Assembly: GCA_964016885.1 (NCBI GenBank)
Contig: OZ024741.1
Span: 101,246,001 to 101,310,000 of the forward strand
Origin: Eledone cirrhosa
Taxonomy: Eukaryota
Reading direction: 5' to 3'
DNA: 64,000 nucleotides
Part shown: piece by piece, positions 27,332 through 39,207 of the stretch
How positions within the stretch are numbered: the stretch's first letter is position 1
Layout of the letters: each line of letters begins with the position of its first letter
Made by a program: the position numbers and the translations under genes
Notes under the pieces: model-generated
Seen by the model: only the letters and a program-made list of their open reading frames with translations
Database searches by the model: none
Told to the model about the DNA's origin: nothing

Positions 27332-28205
27332 ATATTGTTATACTTTGGGAGGGTCATGTTGCCAATAAGAAACACACGCACCAGTTGCTTTCACTCCAAT
27401 TTATTATAAATTAAATTTATAAATTTAAGAAATTTGTAAATTTCCGGTTGGTTGGTTCCACAGCCGGACGGTTGTTCATATATTGTCAAAGTTCTTTCGT
27501 CACACATTCTGTGACCTCTTCAGTGACTGGGGATTCTTTTCTTTGTTTTGTGCCTCTCCTTTGTTCTGTCCTACGCCATTTGTGTGTGTTGTGTGCTTAG
27601 TTTGTGCATGTGTTACATCCGGGTGTCTGTGTGTGTTTTTATTTGTTTATTTATTTGTTTATTTACATGTTACTAGTTGGTTGTTTGTTCTATGTGTGTG
27701 TGTTTTCATTTTGTCCCTGTATAGATAAGAAATGCATAATCTGTAAACTAAGCCCCCATATTAACTGCAAAACTAGAAACATAGTATATAGCATAAGATG
27801 TACTGAGGGACAATGTAAAGATAAGAATACAGTGTACATATGTAAGACAGCTCGTAGTATAGGAGAACGATTAAATGAACACTGGCGAGAGCTTCAAGAT
27901 AGAAAAGAATCATCAGTACTCCACCAACATGCTAAAATAGAACATAAGGGCAAATTAGAGAACATAGAAATAAAAATAAAATCTACACACAGAAAAGATG
28001 CAATGTTTAGACAAATCACAGAGGCAATAAACATAAATGAACTCCAACCAAAATTAAATAGAAAACATGAATGGAATAGCAACATCACAACTCACAACTG
28101 GTGCGTGTGTTTTTTATTGGCAACATGACCCTCCCAAAGTATAACAATATCGGTTTCAACACACGTTTTCAGATAAAGAATCTTGCTAAACAAATTCCGA
28201 AACGA
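27332..28205 (+). mobile_element. Truncated Penelope-like element: inverted pLTR/3' segment followed by GIY-YIG endonuclease remnant
   Basis: ORF 27604-28128 contains NCKTRNIVYSIRC..YICKTARSIGERLNEH..RQITEAININELQPKLNRKHEW (PLE GIY-YIG). About 55-bp inverted termini at 27332-27387 and 28095-28150. Confidence 0.85.
27485..27527 (-). ncRNA. Minimal type I hammerhead ribozyme motif in PLE pLTR
   Basis: Minus strand reads GTCA-CTGAAGA-G-GTCAC(AGAATGT)GTGAC-GAAA-GAAC-TT-TGAC: stem I GTCA/TGAC, CUGANGA core, 5-bp stem II, GAAA, UH. PLE pLTRs are known to carry minimal hammerheads. Confidence 0.7.
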
Positions 28206-28215
28206 AATATATATA

Positions 28216-28400
28216 TATCATCATCATCATCGTTTAACGTCCATCTTCCATGCTAGCATGGGTCTGGACGGGAATTGTCCCACTTGAGGCAAGATTGGTT
28301 GTCTTGCTCAGGACTGTCTGGCGGGTTTTCTACGGCTGGATGCCCTTCCTAACACCAACCACGTTTACAGTGTGGACTGGGAGGTTTTTACCGTGTTACC
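28216..28400 (-). mobile_element. SINE/LINE-tail repeat with CCATGCTAGCATGGAAGATGGACGTTAAAC(GAT)n 3' end
   Basis: Near-identical reverse complement of 56875-57030. The same tail recurs at ~32070, ~37485 and ~44650. Confidence 0.7.
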
Positions 28401-30639
28401 TACACGGCGACATGACAGCATGGACTGTGTGTTTTTTTGTTGTGACACCTACACAACCTCATTTATTTAGGACTGGATGTTGTGGTACCAACATAGCTTT
28501 ATAAATAAATATATATATATATATAAATACACACATACACATATATGATAGCTAGTGTAAAACAATGATAATGATACAGATACATACATATATCTCCATA
28601 AAAAGAATTTTTTTCGTCCTTTCCTCTTCTCACTCTCTATATTTCTATTTCATTTTTTATTTCTCATTCTATTTCCTGATGTTCGAAACATAATGAAACT
28701 TTTCTTATATCAAATGTTAAACTAATGCATCGTGTTGTTTGTTGTTTCTGTTTACTTTTCGCATATATATATATATCTATATATCTTTATCATTATGATT
28801 ATCATTGTTAAACGTTTGCTCTTCCTGTGTATGTGTACATATGTGTGTGTGTGTACACTGACATACAGCCTCATATACCATATGCATACATACATACATT
28901 ACTAATTCCCAAATGAAGAACTTCTAAGTAGACAACATTTGTATAACAGCCACAATCTATTGATCACACACCCACACACATACATACCCAAAGTCATGCA
29001 TAAGTACACAGACAGAAAAGACAAACTCACATATGCAGATATACATACATACTCAGGCGTGTACAAAGAAGACAGAGACATAGTAGTTAGATACACTTAC
29101 ATACACAACAGAACAGAACTAAACTACTATTGGATATCTGTTGATATGAAACAACCATTTTGTGTATGATCAGCAGAACTACTTCATGACTACTATTATT
29201 ACTATAGTCACCACTAACATCATAAGTCATGGTGGTGATGGTAGTAGTGGTGGTAGTGATAGTGATGATGATGATATTGATCAGGAAATGTTTCACTAAC
29301 AACTAAGATCCATTCATCCATGATGAAATAGATAAACTAACCTAAAAGACATCTACTTATTTAATTGACACATATATTATTGAATCAATTATACCATAAA
29401 TGGAGATGATTGTTGCTAGAGATGGACTTGGTGAACTTGTTGGGGAGTCATGTAACTTTACTAGTACTTATTATACTGGCATTCATTCAAGCTCTATAAC
29501 CAGTGCATCCACAGTATCTCAAAACAGGGGCTGCCCATGAATGGCAGTCACAAACGTCCAGCACAGATATAGTCAACCAATCACGATTCCAATGACAGAC
29601 ACCATATATGTGAAGTCCAGATATTAGCTTAACATCCAACTTGATAGTGCCAATCCATGTTTTCAACCATCTAATTTGCAGTTTACGCAATCTATGGAGG
29701 GGCTCTGGAACATCTGCATCAGGGACAATTTCACCTCATCGGCAATGGAGGCCATTATCAAACAGGGGTAAATTTTGAGTTGGAGTCGTTGGAGGGAATC
29801 AATCTTGCAGCAACAATCAATTTCAGGGTTTGGCATAAAATCAAAGACAAATACCATGTATTTGGCAAAAGTAAAAGCAGTCAAAAACATCCAGCTTGCA
29901 TAAATTCATTGCTCTCATTGGCTGTCGCATAGCCAAATGGAACAATGGTGCAAATGAGCATTCAGTAGAAAGGGAATGTAAGCTACTGTGCTGTTGAAGC
30001 ACCACTCAAATCAAAGGATGTAGAGCAAGTCCATGGATTTCCAAGGTTGATGTTATTGTAGACTTAATTGGTCACACCTTTGAATCCTTTCAATAACAAC
30101 CCACCGAAACCACCTCCATTTCTATGAAAGAAAACCACCCATTTTAAAAAGTACCTGTATAAATTTAAATCTTCCAAAATAATTTGACATCAGAACCATT
30201 TGTTATGGTACAAATACCATCTTAATAATGTAATTATTCACAATTTTAGTAGATCCCCTTAAATTTTTCATTAATTGAAATATCATCATCATCATCATCA
30301 CTATTTTACATCCACTTTTCAACGCTAGCATGGGTTGGACAAGTTGTCTTGTGGGCAATGCTAGGTCAGGTGACCATGTCTTGCTCATACAGAACTGATA
30401 TTGGGTTGGTTTCTACAGCTGGATGCCCTTCCTAATGCCAACCTAATTTACAGTGAGTACTGGGTCCTTTTTGTTGTGACGCCTACACGACCACTTTACA
30501 GTGTGGGCTGGGTGCTTTTTGTCATGATACTGACACAACCACTTTACAGTATGGACTGGGTGCTTTTTGTCATGAGACCTACACAAACACTTTACAGTGG
30601 GAGGGTGAGGTATACTGTGTATATGCTTCAGCTTCAGTT

Positions 30640-31385
30640 TGTGCCCATGGGAAGTCGGGTCTTCTGTATTACTGCATAATGCCAGAGATCTCGGTCCTGT
30701 GTCATCGCCTTTGAGAGGTGCAATTGGGAAGCTTTTATCACATCATCCCAAGTCTTTCTGAGTCTCCTCGCTCCAAGGCTTACATCGACTTTGAATGCTC
30801 TGCACCTTTTTATGTAGCTGTTATCCTTCATATGCATCACATGTCCATACCAATGTAATCTCCCCTCCTGCACACAACATTTGATTCCTCTAATGTCTAG
30901 TTTCTATCTCAGTTCATTTATGCTTTGCCATTCATGTATATTACTATTACACATTCAATGAAGCATGCAAGCTTCATTTCTTTCCAATCTATGCAAATCT
31001 TCTGCACACATCGCCCAGGTCCCAATACGATGCAACATTACAATTTGTATGCACACATCATAAGTCTGACTTTCATTTTGAGGGAAAAGCCTTTTGTAGC
31101 AAGCAATGGTAGTAGCTTCCTGAACTTATTCCTTCCCATTCTTACTCTGGCTACTGTACTTTCAGAACACCCACTTCTGCTGCTAATTCAGTCACCCAGG
31201 TAGCAGAAGCTGTCTACTGTTTCTACCGAGCCCACCCAGAATTTGGTAGTGGTTGTTTCCTGTGGTCATTTTCTGCTTACTGTCCAGGTGCAACTTCTAC
31301 ATGTAAAGCTTACATTCTTAGCTAAACTTCCTGAGATCCCACTATAGCTCTTGTGACACATAGTTATTAGGAATACACCTGTGAA
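30640..31385 (-). mobile_element. Decayed RTE-like LINE 3' fragment
   Basis: Translates to QEGRLHWYGHVMHM...RLRKTWDDVIK and KFRKLLPLLATKGFSL. Homologous to 40845-42185. Confidence 0.8.
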
Positions 31386-32806
31386 AAGATTAACACCACC
31401 ATCTTGTCCTTTGCTGCCTTCAGCACAGTCCACTCTATTGCAAGCATTCAAGCCAAGAATCTCGTTTCTGGATACCTGTCTCTATCTCTCACTCCTATCA
31501 GACATCAAGGTCATGTAGATGGTCATAACCACTGCTTTTCCTCATAACTAAATGATAACAAATAAACCCCAGATCAGCCTTTATTAAGTTGATCTATGTA
31601 TGACAAACAGGTAGTTGTCCAAATGACTAGCCATGGACAATTGAGCTAGGGTCCTCTTCAAACTGTAACCATCACCTCCTGTCTTTTGTTTGCCATTTTT
31701 TATTCAAGTCCACTTCATCCAATATAATTATCTATTTTAAAAACAGAAGGATGAAGTTTGAAGGAGATTTCACAACTAATTCTAGCAGATCATGCAATTA
31801 TATAGAGTAGGGCTATTGATCTCCAAAATCGCAAATAAAATTTTGTCTGCATTCAAATTTGAGTGCTCAAAAGTGTTTACACTAAAGATGCTACCAACAG
31901 GAATAGTGTCACAATAACAACTAAATCTATCGTGAGGCACAGATGGGGAGCAGTGTTTACACTAAAGGTGCTAAGACCTGTTCCTAATGTAAAAGACAGT
32001 TACCTAGGGTAATCTGCATTGCCCTAGGGTTAGGCCCCAGATTACATTAACCCTTTTGCAACCGTCTAACCCATGCTAGCATGGAAGATGGACGTTAAAC
32101 GATGATGATGATGTACTATCTTTCAATTAATTAATGCAGAGTTATCAAGGATTTACTCAAATGATTAATTAATTGGTTCCTAATATAATAACTTAACATA
32201 TGGATCTTGTATAATATGTTGGAAGCTATAAATTTATATAGGAATCATTTGAAACGGGTGGCTATCTTTCATAGAACTAGGGCTAGTTTTAGCCAGGTTG
32301 ATATTAAATGGGTTAAAGTTCAAATATTCCTCTTTGTTTTTACTACCTGTTTATAATCATCAAATTCAAAGTAGGCCTATTTTGCTTTATCAATCATACT
32401 GCTGTCATCCACATCCAACATACTGGAGGGCAGCACCTCACTCTTCAAATGGTATTTAATGAGGCTGTAGCCAGACAGGAAAACATCTGTTCTCACTTAA
32501 ACCGTTTAACTGTGTCCACCACACAACATCCTTTGATAAAGCCACCCAGCAGAAGAAAAAATTATCCACCTAACAATGGTGGTATGGCGATTTTATTGAT
32601 TTACTTTCATTATTTTTAATTTTTAAATACTGTTATATACTCAAATATAAGTGCCTCCCACCCTTATTTTATGTCTGAGAAATGGGCAAAAATCCAAACC
32701 CCCTGTTTATAAGTCAACACTTTGTTTAGATGGCGTTGTTTTGACATTCTCATGAGTATAAAATATATTTATGAAGCTTTAATATTTTGATGTGTAAAAT
32801 GTTTAA

Positions 32807-33007
32807 CCCTTTAGCATTTACATTACTCTATCTCTATATATACTATTATATTTTCGCGGTCAAGGCTTTATCTTACATAATATCAAATCTATGAGATTTT
32901 GATATTATTTATTTTGAGAACAATACCTTAACATCAGTTTCAGCCAGTTTTAACTGAAAGAGGTGAGAGAATTCTGGCTGAATACAGCCGGTTTAAATGT
33001 TAAAGGG
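32807..33007. mobile_element. piggyBac-like MITE with TTAA target-site duplication
   Basis: TTAA|CCCTTTAGCATTTA ... TAAATGTTAAAGGG|TTAA. TIRs match 13/14. A weaker similar element is at ~32051-32312. Confidence 0.65.
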
Positions 33008-33929
33008 TTAAGTGTCATTTAGAATCTAGTTTTTGTTTCACAACTACATTACATAATGCTTGTTTACCATTTCAGCCATTTTATAAAGTTTAAACAAGTT
33101 TCTTGAATTTTTGTTTACTTCTGGCCACTCACATGTTGGGAGTACTTTGAAGGCAAGAGATCGAATAAGAGACCTTTGTATAGGTATTCATAGAATAGAA
33201 GAGGGAGGGAGAGACAGCATGTGAAATAGGGGAGAGGCAGAGCAAGAAGGGAGAGAAAGTGAGAGTAAAAAAAAATAAATATGTCAGAATTAAATTTCAA
33301 TCTTAAGTAAGATTGAAAGAAAAAGTATTAAGTTGGGGAAAAACAGTTGGCATGCCTGTGTGACTGCGTGCACATGTGTATATAAATGGGATATTTATGT
33401 ATTAAAAAGTTCAAATATTTTCAAGGGAATACACAAATAACACTAATGACAATGTAGTAAAACAGTATTTAATTGAAAATAATCACTCCAGATATTTTAT
33501 GCCCTTATTTACATAGAATTTGAAGTAGGCAAAATATTGACCCAAAATATAAGCCAACCACCAATTTTACCATCGATTTTCTTTGTCACATGTTTCTCAG
33601 CTTATATACGAGTACATATGGTAATAATCCAACAACAATAACGGTTTCTAATTTAAGCAAAAGTCCAGCAGAGAGGAAAGTTGTTAAATCAATCCCATTA
33701 TTTGTCTGGTACTTTACTTCATCCACCAAAGGATGAAAGGCAAATTTGACCTTGGCGGGATATGAACTCAATAATAATCCTTCCTTTATTGACCACAAAG
33801 GTCCATACATAAAGTGCAAATGTGTCATAAAAAAACATTTACAAAACATCTACTATTACAAAAGGACCTAATCAGCATTGTCCAGTAACACATTTCAGGA
33901 TTGCCACACTGAAAGGTAAATTGTGGAGC

Positions 33930-36422
33930 TGCTTAAGAGAAGACGAATGGATACATGCTGTGTTCAAGTGGTGAGATGGAGGGTCACCTCAGCTAGACTA
34001 CTCACAAACAACATAAATATAAGCTTCTGAGTAGGAAATAACAATGAGATAGGTAGAATAAGCATTCTTCTAACTGAGAAGTGGATAGCTAAGGTAATTT
34101 AGGTAGTTAGAGGATAGAATTATCAAGTTCAGAATAGTCATAGGCAATAGAATTACAATAATTATCTCTACAAGCAAGACTACATAAACAAAAGGACCAT
34201 TTCTAAGAGGAATTCTTACACACAACTTCAGTTACAGATGACAGAGACCTCATCATCCTAGTTGGTGATTTCAATGGATGTACTGAGCAGCACCAGAGTT
34301 CACAGTGGATATAGTTATAGAGCAAGGCTCCTAGAATTATGTGATGCAAATGAAATAACCATTTGCAACATTAACTTCAGGAAACTGGCCAGCCATCTGA
34401 TCACCAACCAATCAGACAAACACACAAATCAGATTGACTTCTCGTTAGAAAATGGGATAGGCAGATGGTTGTGAACATTAAGTCCTTCTTTGGAGAAGAA
34501 TTCACCACACAACATAAATTAGTTATTAGTGACATCAGAATAAACACGAGACAGAACAAGAAATGCAAGAAAATCTGAAGGAGAGTATGGAAGCTAAAGA
34601 ATGAGGAGTTAAACCCATGACATAGAGCACATTTGAAATTTCCATGATAACTTACTACAGGCTACAGATGAGATTTGTGGCTGGAGCAAAACACCAAATA
34701 GACAGAGGGTGACTTGGTTGTGGAATAGCATTGTAGATAAAGGCATTATATTCAAGAGACAGGCATGGAAAGACTGGAAAAATGGAGGCAGCAAGTCAAT
34801 ATGAGGTAGCTAAAAGAGAAGCTAGATGACAAGTACACACAGCAAAGATGCTGAAACAGGTTTACCAATACTCTGCGATGTGAGGTGCTCCACTTCACAT
34901 AGCCATGTGAATCAGGATGCTGAGGAAAAGTGTACTCGAATTGACACCAATGCACTTAGCATCACTGATGGCCAAAAGAAAGAGGATTGGAAACTATGAG
35001 AGGCTAATGAATGTGGAGAATGAATGGGGAAAAAGAGACTGTCACCAGTTATCAAATTTGACAATTATAAAGTCAAAAAAGCAATCAAATGAAAAATGAT
35101 AAAATCACTGGACCATCAAATAGTCACTGAGTTGCTGAAATCTTCTGGTAAAGTATGAGTCGAAATAATCACCCACATAATTAATGATGTAATACGAGAC
35201 AGCGTCATACCCAATGACTGGCGCAGCAGTATACTCATTAATTGCTACAAAGGAGAGCAACAGTGATGCTCTGAAAAGGACCAAATACAGAGCCATAAAA
35301 CCAATGGACTAGGGAATAAAAGTAACTGAGTTCTAGCACAACTAATTAGGGAAAGAGTCCAGGTATTACAGATGCCCTCTTCTTAGTGAGACAACTACAA
35401 GAGAAGTTCCTAGCTAAGAGTAATCCACTACACCTAGCTTTTGACAGGGCAATGATCTGTTATTTGGTCTTTAAGGGAACTAAGTCTAAAAGAATGGTTT
35501 GTGATGTGAGAACAGTGCAAGCCATTTACAGAGAACCTTTTAGTAAAGTGAAAATAGGAAATGAGTTTAGTGAGGAATTAAGGTTACAGGTGAGAATGCA
35601 TCAAGGTTCAGCCCTCAGCCCACTTTATTATAGTTCTCCAAGCCAAAACAGGAGACTGGCTGCCCATGGGAACTTCTACATGCTGATTACCAGTTCTTAG
35701 AGCTGAATCTGTGGAAGAACTAGGCAAGAAAATCTGGCTTTATAAACAGAACTCAGAATAAAATGGAATCAGTGTAAATTTGACAAAAACCTAAGTTTTA
35801 GTAAGAAAGATGACGAGACCATGATATCATCAGAGAAGTGGCTTCGCTCGATATGTATGCAATGTAAATCTTGGGTACGGGATAACAGGTAGACCAACAG
35901 TTTGACTGTGTATGTAGATGTACAAGGATAGTTGGCAGTAAGAGCATCAGTGAAATAGATGTTTTCCAAGGAAGGATCCATAGAAGTAGTTGATAGCTTC
36001 TGCTACCTAGGTGATTTAATTAGCAGAGTAGCTAGAACAAGTTTAGAGAGCTACTTCCCCTGTTGACAAAAGGCTTCTCTCTACAAACGAAAGGGTGATT
36101 GCATGATGCCTGTATGAGACATGGGCAGTAGATGCAGAGGGTATGCAATAGCTGAAGAGAAATGAAGTGAGCATGCTTCAATGGATGTGCAATTTTAATT
36201 TGTGTAAACAGCAAAGCATAAATGAACTAAGAAAAACTGAGTATAAGAGAAATCAGATGTAGTGTGCAAGAGAGAAGGCTGTGCTGGTATGAACATGTGA
36301 TGTGCTTAGATGATGAACTCTGGGTGAAGAAGTTCCGAGAAGACCTGGGCAGAGGTAATGATAGCCGATCATAAATTGTTGAATCTCAGAGTAAATGAAA
36401 GTAAAATGGTGATGATGATGAT
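33930..36422 (+). mobile_element. Heavily decayed near-full-length RTE-like LINE (APE endonuclease + RT remnants)
   Basis: Remnant motifs ILVGDFNG (~34255), QID, RQLQEKFLAK, HQGSALSP, LLHAD, VDSFCYLGD. Many stops and frameshifts; (GAT)n tail. Confidence 0.8.
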
Positions 36423-36599
36423 GTACATACATATATGTGGAGAAAAAACAACTCTGGCCATTTTCATAAACTGGGTCCTCCGAAATTGCCAATGAGCATA
36501 TTTTACTTCAATTGAGCCATGAAAGGTCTCATATCTCTGACGATCTAATGATTCTGCCAAACTGCAGAAAACTCTGAGGAAGGAAATGGTGATCCAGAA

Positions 36600-36620
36600 G
36601 GGGGGGGGGGGGGGGGGGGG
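36600..36620 (+). repeat. Poly-G tract (~21 G)
   Basis: Read directly. Confidence 0.9.
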
Positions 36621-37722
36621 TTCTCACTGAAATCGAAGGGGGTGTTCTATAATACCCTTTCTTTTATTGAATTTAGAAGGTTGAAAGGCAAAGTTGACCA
36701 TGTCAGGATTTAAACTCAATGTAAAAAAAACATGAATAAATGAATAGCTATTGCAAGATGTTTTGTCCAACGCTCTACCAATTCTCTGACATAGATAATC
36801 ATAATGATGATAATAGTTATTGCAATACAAAAGAATATAATGTAAGAAAAAGGAACCAAGTGCCAGATTGGACCAACAAAACTGTTTCCATTGTTGATAC
36901 TATCTACTGGTCAACATTCCAAGCAGGAGGAAGGGTTTGAATTCGGAATGCGATCAGATATCGCAAGCCGGCTCTTTAACAATTTCACCCATCCACTACC
37001 TTTGAACTGGTACTTTATTTATCGACCCTGAAAGGATGAAAAATTGTTGATCTCAACAGAAAAGAATGCAGAGAACCGGAACGTGTACCGAGGTATTTAA
37101 TTCGACACTCTAAGTACTCTGCCAGTTTGCCGAATAAAATGGAATGGTACATATAAAAAATAGTTATGTAAAAGTATAGCTGCAATTTCTCAATGTACAG
37201 ATTTTATAGAAAAATCAAAAATAAATAGAAAAATCTTGTATATATTTATTCTTTTACTAGTTTCAATCATCATTTCGCACCAGTACATATTTTATTTTTT
37301 CAAGTCAAGAACTTATTTTATCGAATCGCTATATTATGTGATATTTCATTGACAAGGCATTGGTCAACCCAAGGCTATAGTAGAAGATACTTGCCCAATG
37401 TGCCGTACCGTTTGAATGAACCCAAAACGACATTGTTATGAAGAGAAGTCCTTAACCACACATGCAACTAAATATATATCATTTAACGTCCGTTCTTCCA
37501 TGCTAGCGTGAGTTGGATATATATATATTATACATACATGTAAATATGTCACACATATATATATTAGTTACTTGAGTGTTGTGTTTTCGTATAACAAAAG
37601 AATGAGCCCTTGATATGTTAACAGAGACAATAGATATTTTAATACATGGTATTATTAATACACTTGAAGCGTCCTACCAATACCATGAATTAATTAATAC
37701 ATACACATGTACACACGGAGAA

Positions 37723-38847
37723 TTATTCTACACACCAGTAAGCCTGAGTTATATCTGTTTTCGTTAAAATTCCGGACGGGCAAGAAAAATTCACCGGAGT
37801 CTCCTTTAGTTTCTCCCCTCGTTCGATCTCGTTGGAAAATACACAATCTGTTGTGGTCTCCAATATACTTGTTAAATCTTTTGGCGATTTCCGCAGCTGG
37901 TTAACCTTTCGGCTGACGACGGATATTTGGGGGCAGTAATGGCTTTGTAGAGTCTGAAGCTCCCACAAACTGCTCTCTAGAGCACAGCACTTGATAAGGT
38001 CTGCTTCCCCGTAAATATACGGGTCGCTACTGTATTCCTTCTGTCCGTCTGTTTTGTCGATTAACCTTTTACATACATTCTGTCGATTTACGAGGTTGTA
38101 GATAGTTGGTATTGTAGAGACAAGCGCATATGTTGGCCCATATAGAGATATTTGCGCGAGTTTCTTTATAAATGCGGCGAGCATATACGCAGGAAGATGC
38201 TTTGAAGACAAGAACATGTCGAGATCCCTGAAAAACCTGGCCCTGTATTTAAAATGAAAAACTGCTGGGTCCAGGAGAGAATAGAGCTTTTTATAAAAAT
38301 CAGGATAGTTTAAGTTGTGTTTATCCATCAAAATATATAATCCACTCAAAGATAACAAACTAATGGAACCTCCCATCTTAAAAGAATTAAACAAAAAGTC
38401 CGATATCTGTATGGGCTTATGCAGACAGGATATTATGTTGGTGATGGAGGCAAGGACACGTTTGTACAATCCAAAGTTTAAAGTCTTCTGTAAAAAGGCC
38501 AACAAGCATTTATTTAAAAATTTTTTTTCATGTTTCTTCTCGCCTAAATCTTCAGATTTTAAACTTTTCAAATGTTGATCCATAACGAGCTCCAGACAAC
38601 AGAATATATTCTTATAATGTGGAGGGTATTTCTGATCGGCTTCCGATGACAAAATATTTATAATGTGCCCTAAAAAGTTAACACGAACACTTTGATATTG
38701 AAACTGCGAAGCACGCATTGTCACTATTTCTTCAATGTCCTCTTCAGTATTTAGAATTTTCGGAGTAAGTTTCTCCTCGTCCCGTAAATTAGTTGATAAT
38801 CCATCGTTTTTCTTAAGTTTCTTTTTGTTCGGCATGTGAGTAGACAT
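37723..38847 (-). CDS. NOC4L: Nucleolar complex protein 4 homolog (CBF/Mak21 domain), intronless, 374 aa
   Basis: Uninterrupted ATG-TAA ORF with NOC4 motifs GGSISLLSLSGLYILMDKHNLNYPDFYKKLYSLLD, KYRARFFRDLDMFLSSKHLPAYMLAAFIKKLA, DPY..E.D...C.ALESSLWELQTLQSHY.P. Confidence 0.93.
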   Translation of the reverse strand: MSTHMPNKKKLKKNDGLSTNLRDEEKLTPKILNTEEDIEEIVTMRASQFQYQSVRVNFLGHIINILSSEADQKYPPHYKNIFCCLELVMDQHLKSLKSEDLGEKKHEKKFLNKCLLAFLQKTLNFGLYKRVLASITNIISCLHKPIQISDFLFNSFKMGGSISLLSLSGLYILMDKHNLNYPDFYKKLYSLLDPAVFHFKYRARFFRDLDMFLSSKHLPAYMLAAFIKKLAQISLYGPTYALVSTIPTIYNLVNRQNVCKRLIDKTDGQKEYSSDPYIYGEADLIKCCALESSLWELQTLQSHYCPQISVVSRKVNQLRKSPKDLTSILETTTDCVFSNEIERGEKLKETPVNFSCPSGILTKTDITQAYWCVE

Positions 38848-38869
38848 TTTAATACTTTTCTAAAGCATC

Positions 38870-38879
38870 AACACGTGCT
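38870..38879. promoter_or_regulatory. Canonical E-box (AACACGTGCT) about 25 bp upstream of the NOC4L ATG
   Basis: CACGTG at 38872-38877. Myc E-boxes near the TSS are typical of ribosome-biogenesis genes. Function is inferred. Confidence 0.45.
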
Positions 38880-39207
38880 TGAAATCAACATAGTAGTTCT
38901 GCACTGAATATTATCCTCAGCGCAAAATATATCCTGTGTGTGTACATAAATGCTTTAATAATAATTCTTGTCTAATTATAATAAATATATAGGCATACAT
39001 GACTTTTAACGGTCTGAAAAATGAAAGTAAATTTATTTTCATTTTCGAACGTCGTGTTTACAGTTTGTGTGTGTTTAGATCTAAATTAGTTACTGAGATT
39101 AAAGACAAAATCAGAGCCTCTGTCGTTTTAACTGATTATATATATATGGGGGTGGGGGGTGTAGTTGACGGTTGAGAGAAGAGTACTCAATATCGAAGTA
39201 ATCTTGT

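Noticed and set aside
29101-30125. Possible upstream exons of the mucin-like gene (AG at 29342-29343, GTAAGT at 29100; complex sequence 29490-30120)
   Set aside because: All frames contain stops, with no signal peptide or recognisable domain. It cannot be supported without RNA data.
33136-33176. Candidate minus-strand micro-exon (pyrimidine tract, CAT|GTGAGT donor)
   Set aside because: Weak acceptor and no homology evidence.
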